A stretch of DNA of 58,166 nt from Candidatus Uhrbacteria bacterium (GTDB lineage Bacteria; Patescibacteriota; Patescibacteriia; UBA9934). The notes beneath the pieces were generated by a model, which had not been told where the DNA came from, ran no database searches, and saw only the letters and a list, made by a program, of their open reading frames with translations. Made by a program: the position numbers and the translations under genes. This document shows, one piece after another, positions 34,784 through 44,725 of this stretch. The number at the start of each line of letters is the position of its first letter. Within the stretch, counting starts at the first letter, position 1. The stretch is from the NCBI GenBank assembly GCA_943358395.1, contig CALRGY010000002.1, positions 1-58,166 of the forward strand. Direction: 5' to 3'.

Positions 34784-37323
34784 AACACATTCAGCACATC
34801 ACTCCCATGTATGACGACGCTGTACCAGAGCGTTTTTTGAGTGCAGCAGCACAGAGCGATGAAAAAAAGCTCCTCATTCACCATGGTACCGGGAACCCGT
34901 CGCCGTATATCGTGAAGCTTTCTCGAGGCACCGATGCACCATCGACCGCGGGGACGGCAGATGCAATCCAGGCGCTTGCTGCAAGCCTCATTATCGATGG
35001 TGACGATGATAGTGGCACCATCGAAATGGAACATGAAGACCTTGGTATAGATTTTGCAGATATTTCCAGTCAGTTGCGTGAAAGAGACGTTGCGTATGGT
35101 GTGCGGATGATTCCTCAAGAAAAATCATCGGCATCCATTGAATTTCCACGACGTCCCGTTTCCCTTGATGACGCATTGGCGGCGTATGTCGATCCAGCGA
35201 TTTCGTTGGAGGCATTCGTTCCGATCACATCGGTCATGGAAGAGGTGCCTCTGGAACAGATTGCACAAGAGCAGCGCACGCCCAACACCGTTGCTCCCGA
35301 TTCTTCGTTGCGGCGCGTGATGCGTTTTGAATGGGGCTTTTTCCATCATTTGCCAACGCGCGCCTTGGGCGCATTCGTCCTTTTATCGTTTATCGTGGTG
35401 CTTCCCCTTCATGCCATGCAGGTGTTTTCTGGAACCGCTCATCAGGTGAATGCGGTGAAAGATGTTGGGTTTGCAGCATTGGATGATGTTTCACGGGCGA
35501 CAGATGCGCTTGCCGCAAAAGATTTTTCTGCCGCAGGAGATGATTTTTCTGCTGCAGCGGAAAAGTTTGCATTTGCGCAGGAATCGTTGGGCGGTTTACA
35601 TGCTGGCGTGGTGGCACTGGTGAATAGCATTCCGCAAACGGACAGAACCTATGAATCCGTGCGTGGATTAGTCACTGCAGGCCAAGAGCTTTCGCAAACA
35701 GCGTCTATCATGAGTGAAGCAATGCAGGGGATTCCGTCGCAGTCGTCTACAGATGTTGTGACAAAGTTGAATTTGCTCGGTGCGTATATTGAAAATGCAT
35801 TGCCGCATGCCTTGGCAGCAGAAGCGGCGCTGGCAAAGGTGCGTACAAGCGTGGTGCCGGCAGAGTACACTGCAACTATCGCGCGACTGCAGGCAGATGC
35901 GCCGATGGTTGCAGCATCCATGCAGGAATTTGTACGGTTTATTCATACCCTTACGTTTGTACTGGGGGGCAATAGCACCATGCGGTACTTGGCGCTGTTT
36001 CAAAACAATACGGAGCTGCGCCCCACGGGTGGATTTGTGGGGAGCTTCGCAGAGATCAGTATGAATAACGGCGCGATTGCTGCAATGCGCCTGCCAGGTG
36101 GCGGCACGTACGATACACAGGGGCAGCTAGATACTTTTGTTGCTGCACCAAGGCCGTTGCAGCTTATTAACCCCCGATGGGAGTTCCAGGACGGAAATTG
36201 GTTCCCAGATTTTCCTACGTCGGCAAAAAAGATGCAGTGGTTTTATGAGCATGCTGGTGGCCCCACCACAGACGGCGTTGTGGCAGTGAACGCCACGTTT
36301 GTCGAAAAGCTTCTTGAGGTGATTGGCCCTATTGAAATGCCAGAATATGGCGTAACCCTCAATGCGGAGAATTTTGTATTTACCACAGAAAAAGCTGTAG
36401 AAATTGATGCCGACAAAACCAAGAACACGCCAAAGGCATTTTTAGGAGACCTTGTGCCGCGGGTGATTGAAAAAATAAAGGGAGCAGATGCACCAACATT
36501 CATGAAGATTCTGCTCTTGATTGAGCGAGGGCTTGCAGAAAAAGACATTCAGCTTTCGTTCCGTGACAATGACGCGCAAAAATTGATTGCAGATTTGGGT
36601 TTTGACGGTGCCGTGCGCCAAACCGATGGAGATTACCTCATGGTCGTGAATACCAACGTTGGCGGAGGAAAGACAGATGCAGTGATTGATCAGCAGGTAG
36701 ACGTTGTAGTAGACATTGCGGAAACGGGGACTATCGATCACGCGTTGACGCTCACGAAAACGCATCGCGGCATGGCAAATGCGGTGTTTACTGGAAAAAA
36801 TAACGTTGATTATGTGCGGTTTTATGTTCCAGAGGGCAGTGTATTACTTTCTGCGGATGGTTTTGAACCACCGCCAGAATCGCTCTTTGAATCATCGAGC
36901 GTCCCCTTGGGTGTTGATGACGATTTGTCTGTCGTGATGTCTGAAGAATCGCGCGATGCGCTTTTGGGAATAGATACGTGGAACGAATTTGGAAAAACAG
37001 TGTTTGGTGGGTGGATGCAAACAGCTCCAGGGGAAACGCAGGTGGTGCAATTGTCGTATCGCATTCCGCAGGTGCTTTTTCGTGACGAGGGCAGTACATC
37101 GGTGTTTGCACGTGCGCGCAATGCACTGGGGCTTGGTACGCACGATGGATATTCCCTTTTTGTGCAAAAACAATCTGGCGTGGTGTCGCGCGACACCACG
37201 GTACGTGTATCCGTTCCAAGCACGATGCATACCGCATGGACGAATGTTACAGGCGCAGACACGAATATAGTGACGTTTCAGAATACTCATGATGTTTTTT
37301 CCGGATGGTTATTGAAAAAATAA
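34780..37323 (+). CDS. DUF4012-domain membrane protein
   Basis: MRYLALFQNNTELRPTGGFVGSFAEI is the signature DUF4012 block. GTGA overlap with the upstream stop. Confidence 0.7.
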   Translation: MKHIQHITPMYDDAVPERFLSAAAQSDEKKLLIHHGTGNPSPYIVKLSRGTDAPSTAGTADAIQALAASLIIDGDDDSGTIEMEHEDLGIDFADISSQLRERDVAYGVRMIPQEKSSASIEFPRRPVSLDDALAAYVDPAISLEAFVPITSVMEEVPLEQIAQEQRTPNTVAPDSSLRRVMRFEWGFFHHLPTRALGAFVLLSFIVVLPLHAMQVFSGTAHQVNAVKDVGFAALDDVSRATDALAAKDFSAAGDDFSAAAEKFAFAQESLGGLHAGVVALVNSIPQTDRTYESVRGLVTAGQELSQTASIMSEAMQGIPSQSSTDVVTKLNLLGAYIENALPHALAAEAALAKVRTSVVPAEYTATIARLQADAPMVAASMQEFVRFIHTLTFVLGGNSTMRYLALFQNNTELRPTGGFVGSFAEISMNNGAIAAMRLPGGGTYDTQGQLDTFVAAPRPLQLINPRWEFQDGNWFPDFPTSAKKMQWFYEHAGGPTTDGVVAVNATFVEKLLEVIGPIEMPEYGVTLNAENFVFTTEKAVEIDADKTKNTPKAFLGDLVPRVIEKIKGADAPTFMKILLLIERGLAEKDIQLSFRDNDAQKLIADLGFDGAVRQTDGDYLMVVNTNVGGGKTDAVIDQQVDVVVDIAETGTIDHALTLTKTHRGMANAVFTGKNNVDYVRFYVPEGSVLLSADGFEPPPESLFESSSVPLGVDDDLSVVMSEESRDALLGIDTWNEFGKTVFGGWMQTAPGETQVVQLSYRIPQVLFRDEGSTSVFARARNALGLGTHDGYSLFVQKQSGVVSRDTTVRVSVPSTMHTAWTNVTGADTNIVTFQNTHDVFSGWLLKK

Positions 37324-37326
37324 ATG

Positions 37327-37505
37327 TAGGACTTCCTCATTTTGTCTATTTTCGACTCACCCCGCTGTTCGCGAACGGCGGGGTCAGATCATCGGAAAAT
37401 CGTTCACCCCGCTTCTCGCGAGAGGCGGGGTCAACGTACCATGAAGTACGTCTCACGAATTTTCCTCGATCTTCATCGAAACTAGCCTAAAATGAGAAAG
37501 TCCTA
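37327..37505. repeat. LHE copy 7 (variant II, two nested GC hairpins), fills the whole intergenic gap
   Basis: TAGGACTTCCTCATTTT...AAAATGAGAAAGTCCTA. Nested CCCCGCTGTTCGCGAACGGCGGGG (37360-37383) and CCCCGCTTCTCGCGAGAGGCGGGG (37407-37430). Confidence 0.88.
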
Positions 37506-37511
37506 AAACAT

Positions 37512-39329
37512 ATGCTTACTAAACGTCGGCACCACGAAAAGCATCCAAAACACGCGGCAGCAGAAATTGCGCAAAGCCTCTCTGCTATTTACGGCAGCGA
37601 GCGTGGCGATTTAAAGGTGCTCACCAAGGGCGAATCGTGGGCAACGTGGTTTCTGAAACGCGTGATTGCGACGTTGCTGGTGGTGTGTGTGCTGGTGTTT
37701 GGTGGGTTTGCGGTGTATTGGAAATTCTTTGCCACGAGCCACGAGGGGAAACCACTAACGATGACGTTTATCGCACCGGATGTGCTGCAAAGCGGTGCAT
37801 TAGCAACAATTGAGGTGCAGTACGCAAACGCCACGGCGTATCCACTGACGGGTGTAGAAATTGATGTGAATCTTCCTTCCGGCTTTGCGTTACGTGCATC
37901 GGAGCCTTCTGCAACGAATGTGAAAGATTTGGTGTTCGATGTTGGCACGATTTCAGGGAATACGGACGGAAAGATTGTCATCAACGGCGTGTGGAATACA
38001 GACGTTCCTAGCACAGCAGGCATTCAGGCATTGGCGCGGTATCAGCCTGCAAATTTTAATGCGGAGTTCCACGATATCGTCACGAAAACCATTACCACGA
38101 CGGAAAGCACCACCGCACTCACGATTGATGCCCCGCTGACGGCAAATGTTGGGGAAGCGGTGACGTATACCGTTCATGTGAAAAACACGGGAACAGAAAT
38201 TCTCCCTGCGCCGCGTGTGGCATTAACATTGCCTGCAGGGTTTTTTGTACAGACGAGTACTCCGGCGTTTGCTCCGGGTGAAGGATTTGCGCTCACGCTT
38301 CCCGACATTGCTCCGAGTACTGAATCGATCATCACCGTGACGGGGGCGTTCGCCTCTGATGTAATGGGAGAGCAAATCATCATGGGAGCAAGCGGCATTG
38401 CAGGTGAGCGATTTTCTGTACAAGCAACAGCCACGATGCAAACAGACGTGAAAGGGAGTGCGCTTGCACTCACCATGGTGGGTAACGGTACGCAAGGCAC
38501 GGTGATCGCAGATCCAGGATCGCTGCTTCGCTTGGCGCTCCGCATAGAGAATATGAGCGATACGGCGGTGAGTGACGCGACGGCGCTTTTAGATTTTACC
38601 GCGGAAGATAATATTCCAATTGACTGGAAGACGGCAGTGCTTGGTGGGGGAAGAATTACGGCAAAGGGCATTGTATTCGACGCAAAGGCACTGGGAGTTC
38701 TTGCGCCCGGAACACACAAAACGCTCGACCTTGCTTTTCCGCTGAAAACCGATCTTTCTGCGGTGAGTAGCGCATTTTCCATCGCCTTCAGCGCAACACG
38801 CGGTGCTATTACTGTGCAATCGGCTCCGCTTTCCGTGGTGCTCAATTCAGATGCCGCTGTAATAAGTGCACTTCGGTATTATGACGACGACGGCGCACCG
38901 CTTGGGAGTGGTCCATTGCCGCCAACCGTTGGAACAGCAACGCATTATCGTGGGGTGTGGGGTATTGCCAGTGGTGCGCATGGCTTGGAAGACGTTACGG
39001 TTTCTGCAACGCTCCCTAGTGGTGTGGCATGGGACGATTTTGCCACAGTTACCAGCGGCACACTTGCCTTCGATCCTGTTCAACGTATTGTACGCTGGAG
39101 TATTGCAAGCATTCCTGCCGGTTCTCCAATGATCACTGCCCGATTCAGCGTTGCGCTTACCCCAACATCTGCAGACGTTGGTTTGATAAAAACCGTCGTC
39201 GGCAAAACCGTTCTCACCGCAAAAGACAGCACCACGAGCGCCACCATTGAACGCTCCACCGAAGCCATTACCACCGAGTGTATCGGCGACCTGTATGCGG
39301 AAGGGAAGGGGGAAGTGAGGAAAGAGTAA
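37512..39329 (+). CDS. Membrane-anchored repeat-domain surface protein (DUF11/CARDB-like)
   Basis: N-terminal TM helix. Repeated beta-rich segments (V.Y.V.V.N.G...L) are suggestive of DUF11-type domains. Confidence 0.55.
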   Translation: MLTKRRHHEKHPKHAAAEIAQSLSAIYGSERGDLKVLTKGESWATWFLKRVIATLLVVCVLVFGGFAVYWKFFATSHEGKPLTMTFIAPDVLQSGALATIEVQYANATAYPLTGVEIDVNLPSGFALRASEPSATNVKDLVFDVGTISGNTDGKIVINGVWNTDVPSTAGIQALARYQPANFNAEFHDIVTKTITTTESTTALTIDAPLTANVGEAVTYTVHVKNTGTEILPAPRVALTLPAGFFVQTSTPAFAPGEGFALTLPDIAPSTESIITVTGAFASDVMGEQIIMGASGIAGERFSVQATATMQTDVKGSALALTMVGNGTQGTVIADPGSLLRLALRIENMSDTAVSDATALLDFTAEDNIPIDWKTAVLGGGRITAKGIVFDAKALGVLAPGTHKTLDLAFPLKTDLSAVSSAFSIAFSATRGAITVQSAPLSVVLNSDAAVISALRYYDDDGAPLGSGPLPPTVGTATHYRGVWGIASGAHGLEDVTVSATLPSGVAWDDFATVTSGTLAFDPVQRIVRWSIASIPAGSPMITARFSVALTPTSADVGLIKTVVGKTVLTAKDSTTSATIERSTEAITTECIGDLYAEGKGEVRKE

Positions 39330-39383
39330 TCCTCTATTGATACGGTGGCTATATATAGCAAAAGAAAACGTAAGTAATTTAAT

Positions 39384-39544
39384 TAGGACTTTCTCATTTT
39401 AGGCTATTTTCGGTGCGCAAGGAGCAAAGTTCGTGAGATGTACTTAACGGTACGTTGAACGAATTTGCGACGCAGCAAGGTATGAAGTAAGCGCTTCGCT
39501 TTACTTCATACCAAGCCGAAAAGAGACAAAATGAGAAAGTCCTA
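39384..39544. repeat. LHE copy 8 (variant I with a nested 15-bp hairpin)
   Basis: Perfect 16-nt ends AGGACTTTCTCATTTT / AAAATGAGAAAGTCCT. Nested GGTATGAAGTAAGCG-CTT-CGCTTTACTTCATACC. Confidence 0.88.
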
Positions 39545-40699
39545 TTAATATTTCTGTGTGGCGTGGTGCAGCGCATCGAGGATAACTGCTCCCGTTTTCT
39601 TCCATGAAAAGTGCTGCGCGCGTTCGGTGCCTCGTTTTCGAAGGAGGGCACGGAGCGGGGTGCCGTGGGGTTCCTCGATGATTTGGTGGAGAGCATTGGC
39701 GATATCGGTGATGTTGAGGGGGTCGATGAGGAGTGCGGCGTTGCCGGTGACATCGGGTAGTGATGATGAAATGCTGGTGATGACGGGCGTGCCGCATGCC
39801 ATCGCTTCAAGAACCGGAAGCCCGAAGCCTTCGTAGAACGACGGGAAGAGAAGCGTTGTTGCGCCGCGAAGCAATGCGGCTTTATGTTTTTCGGGGACAT
39901 AGGAAAGCTCGCGGATGTCTGCGGAATATGGGGACGTACGAATGGCGGCATCGAGTGCTCGCGTTTTCCATCCTGTGGTGCCGGCAAGAACCAGGGGGAG
40001 CGTTTCGGTGCTGCGGGATCGGAATTGGGTATAGGCGAGCACCACGCTTTCTAAGTTTTTGCGTGGTTCTCGTGTAGCAAGCGCAAGAAGATAGGGGTGA
40101 TTCAAATCGTACGCGGCGCGATATGAGCGGTCTTGTGACTGTTCTCGGGCAGCATAGACGGCGTGGTCAACGCCAAGAGGTGCAACGGTAATACGTTCTT
40201 CAGGGATTCCGTAAAAGTGTGAAGCATCGTTTTTACTGTGTTCGGAAACAGCAATCACGCGTTTTGCCTGCAGAAATACCTTTTCTTCATTCGTCGCTTT
40301 TGCACGCAGATGATCTTTCCACGTGAAGCATTCTGGTGCCGCGCGAAGTGCGGCATCGTGAAAGAGAACAACGTATGGCAGTGCGGTTTTGCATACATGA
40401 GCATGGGGAAAGAGCCATGCGTCTGGCAGGGTAGGGAGAAAGCGTTCCATGGTTGGCCCATGGGGAAGCGTCCAGAGTGCGCTGGCAAGTTTGTTGGGAA
40501 GGGAAAGGGGAACAACCGTAATATTCAGCTCTCGAAACACGGGAATGTTCATGAGTGTTTCTTGTGTGCCGGTAGAAAAAAGAACGAAGTGATCGTTGGG
40601 TGATTGATGCGCCATTGCGCGAATAACGGATTCCGTTACAACCCCAACTCCGGTTTTATGTGCAGCCGTGAGCGAACGAATATCAATAGCGATATTCAT
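39545..40699 (-). CDS. Glycosyltransferase family 4
   Basis: YEGFGLPVLEAMACGTPVI.S..SSLP.V motif. Confidence 0.8.
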   Translation of the reverse strand: MNIAIDIRSLTAAHKTGVGVVTESVIRAMAHQSPNDHFVLFSTGTQETLMNIPVFRELNITVVPLSLPNKLASALWTLPHGPTMERFLPTLPDAWLFPHAHVCKTALPYVVLFHDAALRAAPECFTWKDHLRAKATNEEKVFLQAKRVIAVSEHSKNDASHFYGIPEERITVAPLGVDHAVYAAREQSQDRSYRAAYDLNHPYLLALATREPRKNLESVVLAYTQFRSRSTETLPLVLAGTTGWKTRALDAAIRTSPYSADIRELSYVPEKHKAALLRGATTLLFPSFYEGFGLPVLEAMACGTPVITSISSSLPDVTGNAALLIDPLNITDIANALHQIIEEPHGTPLRALLRKRGTERAQHFSWKKTGAVILDALHHATQKY

Positions 40700-40705
40700 A
40701 ATCGT

Positions 40706-41800
40706 TTATGCTCGTGATTCCCACGCATGTGTTACCACGTCATGCATAGCTTTACGGAAATTTGCCACAGAGAATTGTTCGGCGTGCGCTTTAATTGCAG
40801 CGGGATTGAAACGTTTTTCGTCAAAGTGCAATACAGTATCTGCCAATGCTTCCCACGATTGTTCAGAAAAAAGGGTTCCAGTAACGCCCTCAATTACCGT
40901 TTCCGTCGCCCCTCCCTTATTGAACGCAATAACCGGTCTGCCTGCCGCCATAGACTCTACAGCAGTAATGCCAAAATCTTCTTCGTGTGGGTGAATAAAG
41001 GCAATCGCTTCAGAAAAGAGCCGGGCACGTTCACTGTCTGTAACCCGTCCCATAAACGTAATATTCTTTCCTGCCATTGCACGAAGCTTTGCTTCTTCCG
41101 GACCAGTGCCAAAAACAATAAGAGGAATGCCAATGCGGGTAAATGCGGCAATAACGATATCGTACCGTTTGTACGACACAAGCCGCCCGCCAATAAGAAA
41201 TGCAGTTTTTTGCGCAGCGCTGATAGAGAATTCATCTGTACTGACGGGCGGATGAATAACGACGCTTTCTTTGCCGTAATACTTCCGAATGCGTTGCTGG
41301 ACGGTTTTGGAATTGGCAACAAACACATCAACGCGATCTGCAGCAAGTTTGTCCCAGCTCCGCAAAACGCTTTGTATAATCGGGAGGAGCGCTTTGACGA
41401 ACCATGGTGCATGAAGCTCGTTCACATAGCTTGCGGCATCGCTCCACAAATAGCGGGTGGGAGTGTGACAATAGCAGATATGAATGGCATTGGCGTTTGT
41501 GACCACGCCTTTTGCAAAACCACTCGAACTCGAAATGACGACGTCGTATTCCTGGAGCGGATACTGCTCTGTCGCAATCGGCATGAGGGGAAGGAGCCAT
41601 CGCATAAAGCGGAGTGCCCCAGGAATGCGCTGAAGGAACGATGTGCGAATATCTTTATGCCCAAAAACAGGTTCCATCTGTTCTTTGCTGTAGAGCAACG
41701 TGAAGGTTGGTGCGAATGGCCACAGGGTTTGGAGCACTTCAAGTACGCGTTCGGCACCACCAAGTTGCGTTAAATGATCGTGGACAAGGGCAACCCGCAT
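40706..41800 (-). CDS. Glycosyltransferase family 4
   Basis: EEDFGITAVESMAAGRPVIA motif. Confidence 0.8.
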   Translation of the reverse strand: MRVALVHDHLTQLGGAERVLEVLQTLWPFAPTFTLLYSKEQMEPVFGHKDIRTSFLQRIPGALRFMRWLLPLMPIATEQYPLQEYDVVISSSSGFAKGVVTNANAIHICYCHTPTRYLWSDAASYVNELHAPWFVKALLPIIQSVLRSWDKLAADRVDVFVANSKTVQQRIRKYYGKESVVIHPPVSTDEFSISAAQKTAFLIGGRLVSYKRYDIVIAAFTRIGIPLIVFGTGPEEAKLRAMAGKNITFMGRVTDSERARLFSEAIAFIHPHEEDFGITAVESMAAGRPVIAFNKGGATETVIEGVTGTLFSEQSWEALADTVLHFDEKRFNPAAIKAHAEQFSVANFRKAMHDVVTHAWESRA

Positions 41801-41814
41801 AGGTATTCAAGGCA

Positions 41815-43215
41815 TTAGTAGGCTCCGCTGCGGAAAAGAATCGCGAGCGGAGTTTTGCACGCAATGACCACATCGAGCCAGGGGCTCCAGTTCTCAATAT
41901 AGTACATATCTAGGCGGACTTCGTCGTCGAAGTCAAGCGCTGCCCGCCCGCTGACCTGCGCCATGCCGGTAATGCCAGGCTTAATGGTGAGCACTTTTCG
42001 CTGGTGCGCCTTGTAGAGTGCAACCTCTTCTGGCAGGTGTGGGCGTGGCCCTACCAGGCTCATACTCCCAAAAAGAACCAAGTAAAACTGGGGAATTTCG
42101 TCCAAACTCCACGCCCGAAGAAACTTGCCCACGCGGGTAACTCGAGGGTCGTGTTGAAGCTTAAAAAGCGGGGTTCCTTCCCGTTCGTTGCCGTAGGTTT
42201 GGAGAAATGTAGGGTCAGATCGCAGGGCATGTGCGTTGTGAACCATGGATCGGAATTTGAGAAATGGGAATTCTTTGCCGCCTTGACCAACGCGGGGGCG
42301 GGAAAAGAAGACTGCCCCAGGGTTTTCAATCACAATCGCAAGGGCGATGAGGAGTTGAAGGGGAAGGGTAATAAGAATGAGTATGAGCGATGCGGCAATA
42401 TCGAACAGACGTTTATAGATCGCGCCCCAGCCGTCGAGCGGTGTTTTCGGCACTTCAATCACGGGTTGCTCGGCAAACGTGTGCATGATTGGTTTGAGTG
42501 TGCTGCCCGCAAACAAGTCGGCGCTGTATAAAAAGGTGCAGTGCTCAACGTCGGTAAATACTTTAATCGCTGTAACATCCACTCGTGATGCATCGGGATC
42601 GGCAAGAATAATGGCATCAAGTCCTTGGTTGCGCTTCATGGTGAGAAGTCGTTCTCGGCTGTCGGGAGTGAATTGAGCAAGATGAGCAACAACAGTGTAC
42701 CCAGCGCCAGGGTGTGCCGCAAAGAAGCGCTTAAGTTCATTGCCACTTTTCGTTTTGCCAATGATGGCTACAGAAGAAACACCAATACCAAACCGTCGTA
42801 ATGATCGCTGAAACACGCGCAGCAGAATGCGGAGGATGATGACGAAAAGAATAGAAAGAATCCAGGCAGCAAGCACAATAAAGCGGCTTTCAAACAGAGC
42901 ACGGGAAAAGAATGCAACGGCAAGAATAACCGCAATACTCGTTGAAACACCGGCAATAACCCGGGTAACTTCCGAAGCAATTCTTCGGGGGCGAATAACG
43001 TACAGCCCCGAAATGGCGAACATGAGCATGGTGACGAGTGCTAGGGGAAGAATCACGCCCAGGTATTGCTCAAAGGTTAAGCCGAAGAGTACCGGCTTAA
43101 TCGACGTGAAAAGTGAGGTAAACCGTAGTGAGTATGCCGCCATCGCCGCCGCAATGAGCGCGAAGTAATCTAAGGGAACGAGAAGTGATGCAAACGCTAA
43201 ATCGGCACGCTTCAT
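41815..43215 (-). CDS. Polyprenyl-phosphate sugar phosphotransferase (WbaP/bacterial sugar transferase family)
   Basis: KRLFDI..SL..L......IALAI......G..FF...RVG..GK.F...KFRSM and DEIPQ...L.G.MSLVGPRP. Start trimmed to MKRADLAF. Confidence 0.82.
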   Translation of the reverse strand: MKRADLAFASLLVPLDYFALIAAAMAAYSLRFTSLFTSIKPVLFGLTFEQYLGVILPLALVTMLMFAISGLYVIRPRRIASEVTRVIAGVSTSIAVILAVAFFSRALFESRFIVLAAWILSILFVIILRILLRVFQRSLRRFGIGVSSVAIIGKTKSGNELKRFFAAHPGAGYTVVAHLAQFTPDSRERLLTMKRNQGLDAIILADPDASRVDVTAIKVFTDVEHCTFLYSADLFAGSTLKPIMHTFAEQPVIEVPKTPLDGWGAIYKRLFDIAASLILILITLPLQLLIALAIVIENPGAVFFSRPRVGQGGKEFPFLKFRSMVHNAHALRSDPTFLQTYGNEREGTPLFKLQHDPRVTRVGKFLRAWSLDEIPQFYLVLFGSMSLVGPRPHLPEEVALYKAHQRKVLTIKPGITGMAQVSGRAALDFDDEVRLDMYYIENWSPWLDVVIACKTPLAILFRSGAY

Positions 43216-43238
43216 ATGGGTACAGTGTACATGAATTG

Positions 43239-43297
43239 TAGGACTTCTCATTTGAGGCGAGTTTCGATGAAGATCATAGACCAAAGGAGAAGTCCTA
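43239..43297. repeat. LHE copy 9 (59-nt internally deleted derivative)
   Basis: TAGGACTTCTCATTTGAGGCGAGTTTCGATGAAGATC|ATAGACCAAAGGAGAAGTCCTA. Confidence 0.7.
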
Positions 43298-43301
43298 AAT
43301 T

Positions 43302-43332
43302 GAAAATCACGACCGATGAGGTCGTGATTTTC
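43302..43332 (-). terminator. Intrinsic terminator after rnpB (minus strand)
   Basis: GAAAATCACGAC-loop-GTCGTGATTTTC. Confidence 0.65.
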
Positions 43333-43338
43333 AATTCC

Positions 43339-43768
43339 CGCTAGGAAATACTGGTAAGCCGAATTTTGTCATAGCACCAATCTTCCACCATGAAGACTGC
43401 TACCGTTGCGGTCATCTCTCTAGGCGAGCGACCAATCTTGCTCTTGCACCAGCCTGGGTTTGCCACGCATCCATGTTGCCATGGCGCGAGCCATGAAGCA
43501 TTCCGCGTTGCCGCAAAACACACCACAGCACTTTTCACCTTTGATCACGCCGAAGCATGATGTGTATTGTCTCTGTGGTACTTTCCCTCGGTTTCCATGA
43601 CGCTTTCAGGCGATATGGTGATCGAATTCCTGTGCGTGTCACAGTATCCCGGGTCATCGTTAATGACAGACTTTGGCACTCATCATTGCTGACGAATGGG
43701 TGTTCGGACTTTCCTCCCAATGCAGCCCCAGTGGAGCCGCAAAGGGCGACCGCCTTATATCCCCAGCG
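43339..43768 (-). ncRNA. rnpB: RNase P RNA, bacterial type A
   Basis: The minus strand carries GGAGGAAAGTCCGAACACC (P4 5' strand), GGAAAGTACCACAGAGA, GCCTAGAGAGATGACCGC and ACAAAATTCGGCTTACCAG. P1 is formed by CGCTGGGGATAT with AGTATTTCCTAGCG. Ends are approximate. Confidence 0.85.
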
Positions 43769-43831
43769 GAAGCAAAGAATAGCAAAAAAAGCTCTTGGGG
43801 TAAAGCAGAAAAATGCGTATAATCGAGGGAT

Positions 43832-44161
43832 ATGAAGCCAAAGTCACCGGAGACGCGATGGGAAATAGAGCGACACGATCAGATGCAGCCGAATGAAGGG
43901 CATTGGGGGGGTCTTCACGATCAAAACGAAGATGCCGCGGGAACGAAGATTAATGAGGCAACAGGAAAGCCGATTGATAATAGTACAGCAACAACGGAAA
44001 AGTTAGATCGACTAGCGGTACGATCAGTGGGAAAGACATCGAGGGGCGAAGATATGTTGGGGGACGTAAACGATAATCCGGAGTATCGAGGATTGGATGA
44101 CGTTGCAAAGAAGTGGCTGCAGGAAAATGGGGAAACAGTTGAAAAGAGGAAAAGAAAATAA
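43832..44161 (+). CDS. Hypothetical hydrophilic protein
   Basis: 109 aa. TATAAT occurs 9 nt upstream of the ATG. No family recognised. Confidence 0.4.
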   Translation: MKPKSPETRWEIERHDQMQPNEGHWGGLHDQNEDAAGTKINEATGKPIDNSTATTEKLDRLAVRSVGKTSRGEDMLGDVNDNPEYRGLDDVAKKWLQENGETVEKRKRK

Positions 44162-44218
44162 CAGCAAAATCCCCCAGCCTGCGCGTCGCAAGCCGGGGGC
44201 GTGGAGCTGACCTGGGGG

Positions 44219-44725
44219 CTACATGCCCATCAGGTTCAGCTCCTGCTGGAAGGTATCGGCAGCGGGGTCTGGTTCCGCCCGCCGACGCGTCACGACGACT
44301 TTTTCCGGCATTTCAGCCGGACGGGGGAGAATTTCTTCCCCCTCTTTTTCGGCGATTTCAGCCGCCGGGGCAACGGAGCCAAAGCCCCACCGCACCCGGG
44401 CGGCTTTCGCCGGTCGCTCCCAGACCGAAGTCTGGGAAAAGATTTCTCGAGCATTTTCCATCATTTTCTCCGCCCGAAGACGGAGGGTATCGATGGGGGT
44501 TTCGAGATTTTTTTCCGCAAAGAGCTCGATAAGCTCCTCGCGGATGGTTCGGAGAGTTTTCCGAGCTTCTCCGAACTTTTTTCCCGGAAGGTGGGCGATC
44601 ATGCCCCGTACCTTCCGGTCGCGGACGGCGATTTCTCGCCGGAGCCGCTCTGCGGGTTTCAAATTTTTCTCCCGGATTTTTCCGCGCTTAACGCGGATGT
44701 CCGGGATATTGGTGTTGTAGACCAA
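44219..44725 (-). CDS. Hypothetical Arg/Lys/Glu-rich protein
   Basis: One of three fully overlapping ORFs in a visibly G+C-richer patch. The minus-strand frame has the most protein-like composition and a hairpin plus ATTTT downstream (44171-44199). Confidence 0.4.
   Translation of the reverse strand: MVYNTNIPDIRVKRGKIREKNLKPAERLRREIAVRDRKVRGMIAHLPGKKFGEARKTLRTIREELIELFAEKNLETPIDTLRLRAEKMMENAREIFSQTSVWERPAKAARVRWGFGSVAPAAEIAEKEGEEILPRPAEMPEKVVVTRRRAEPDPAADTFQQELNLMGM

Noticed and set aside
43341-43835. Three ORFs of 60-92 aa (43341..43538 -, 43535..43720 -, 43557..43835 +).
   Set aside because: They lie entirely within the RNase P RNA gene. Their composition is not protein-like.
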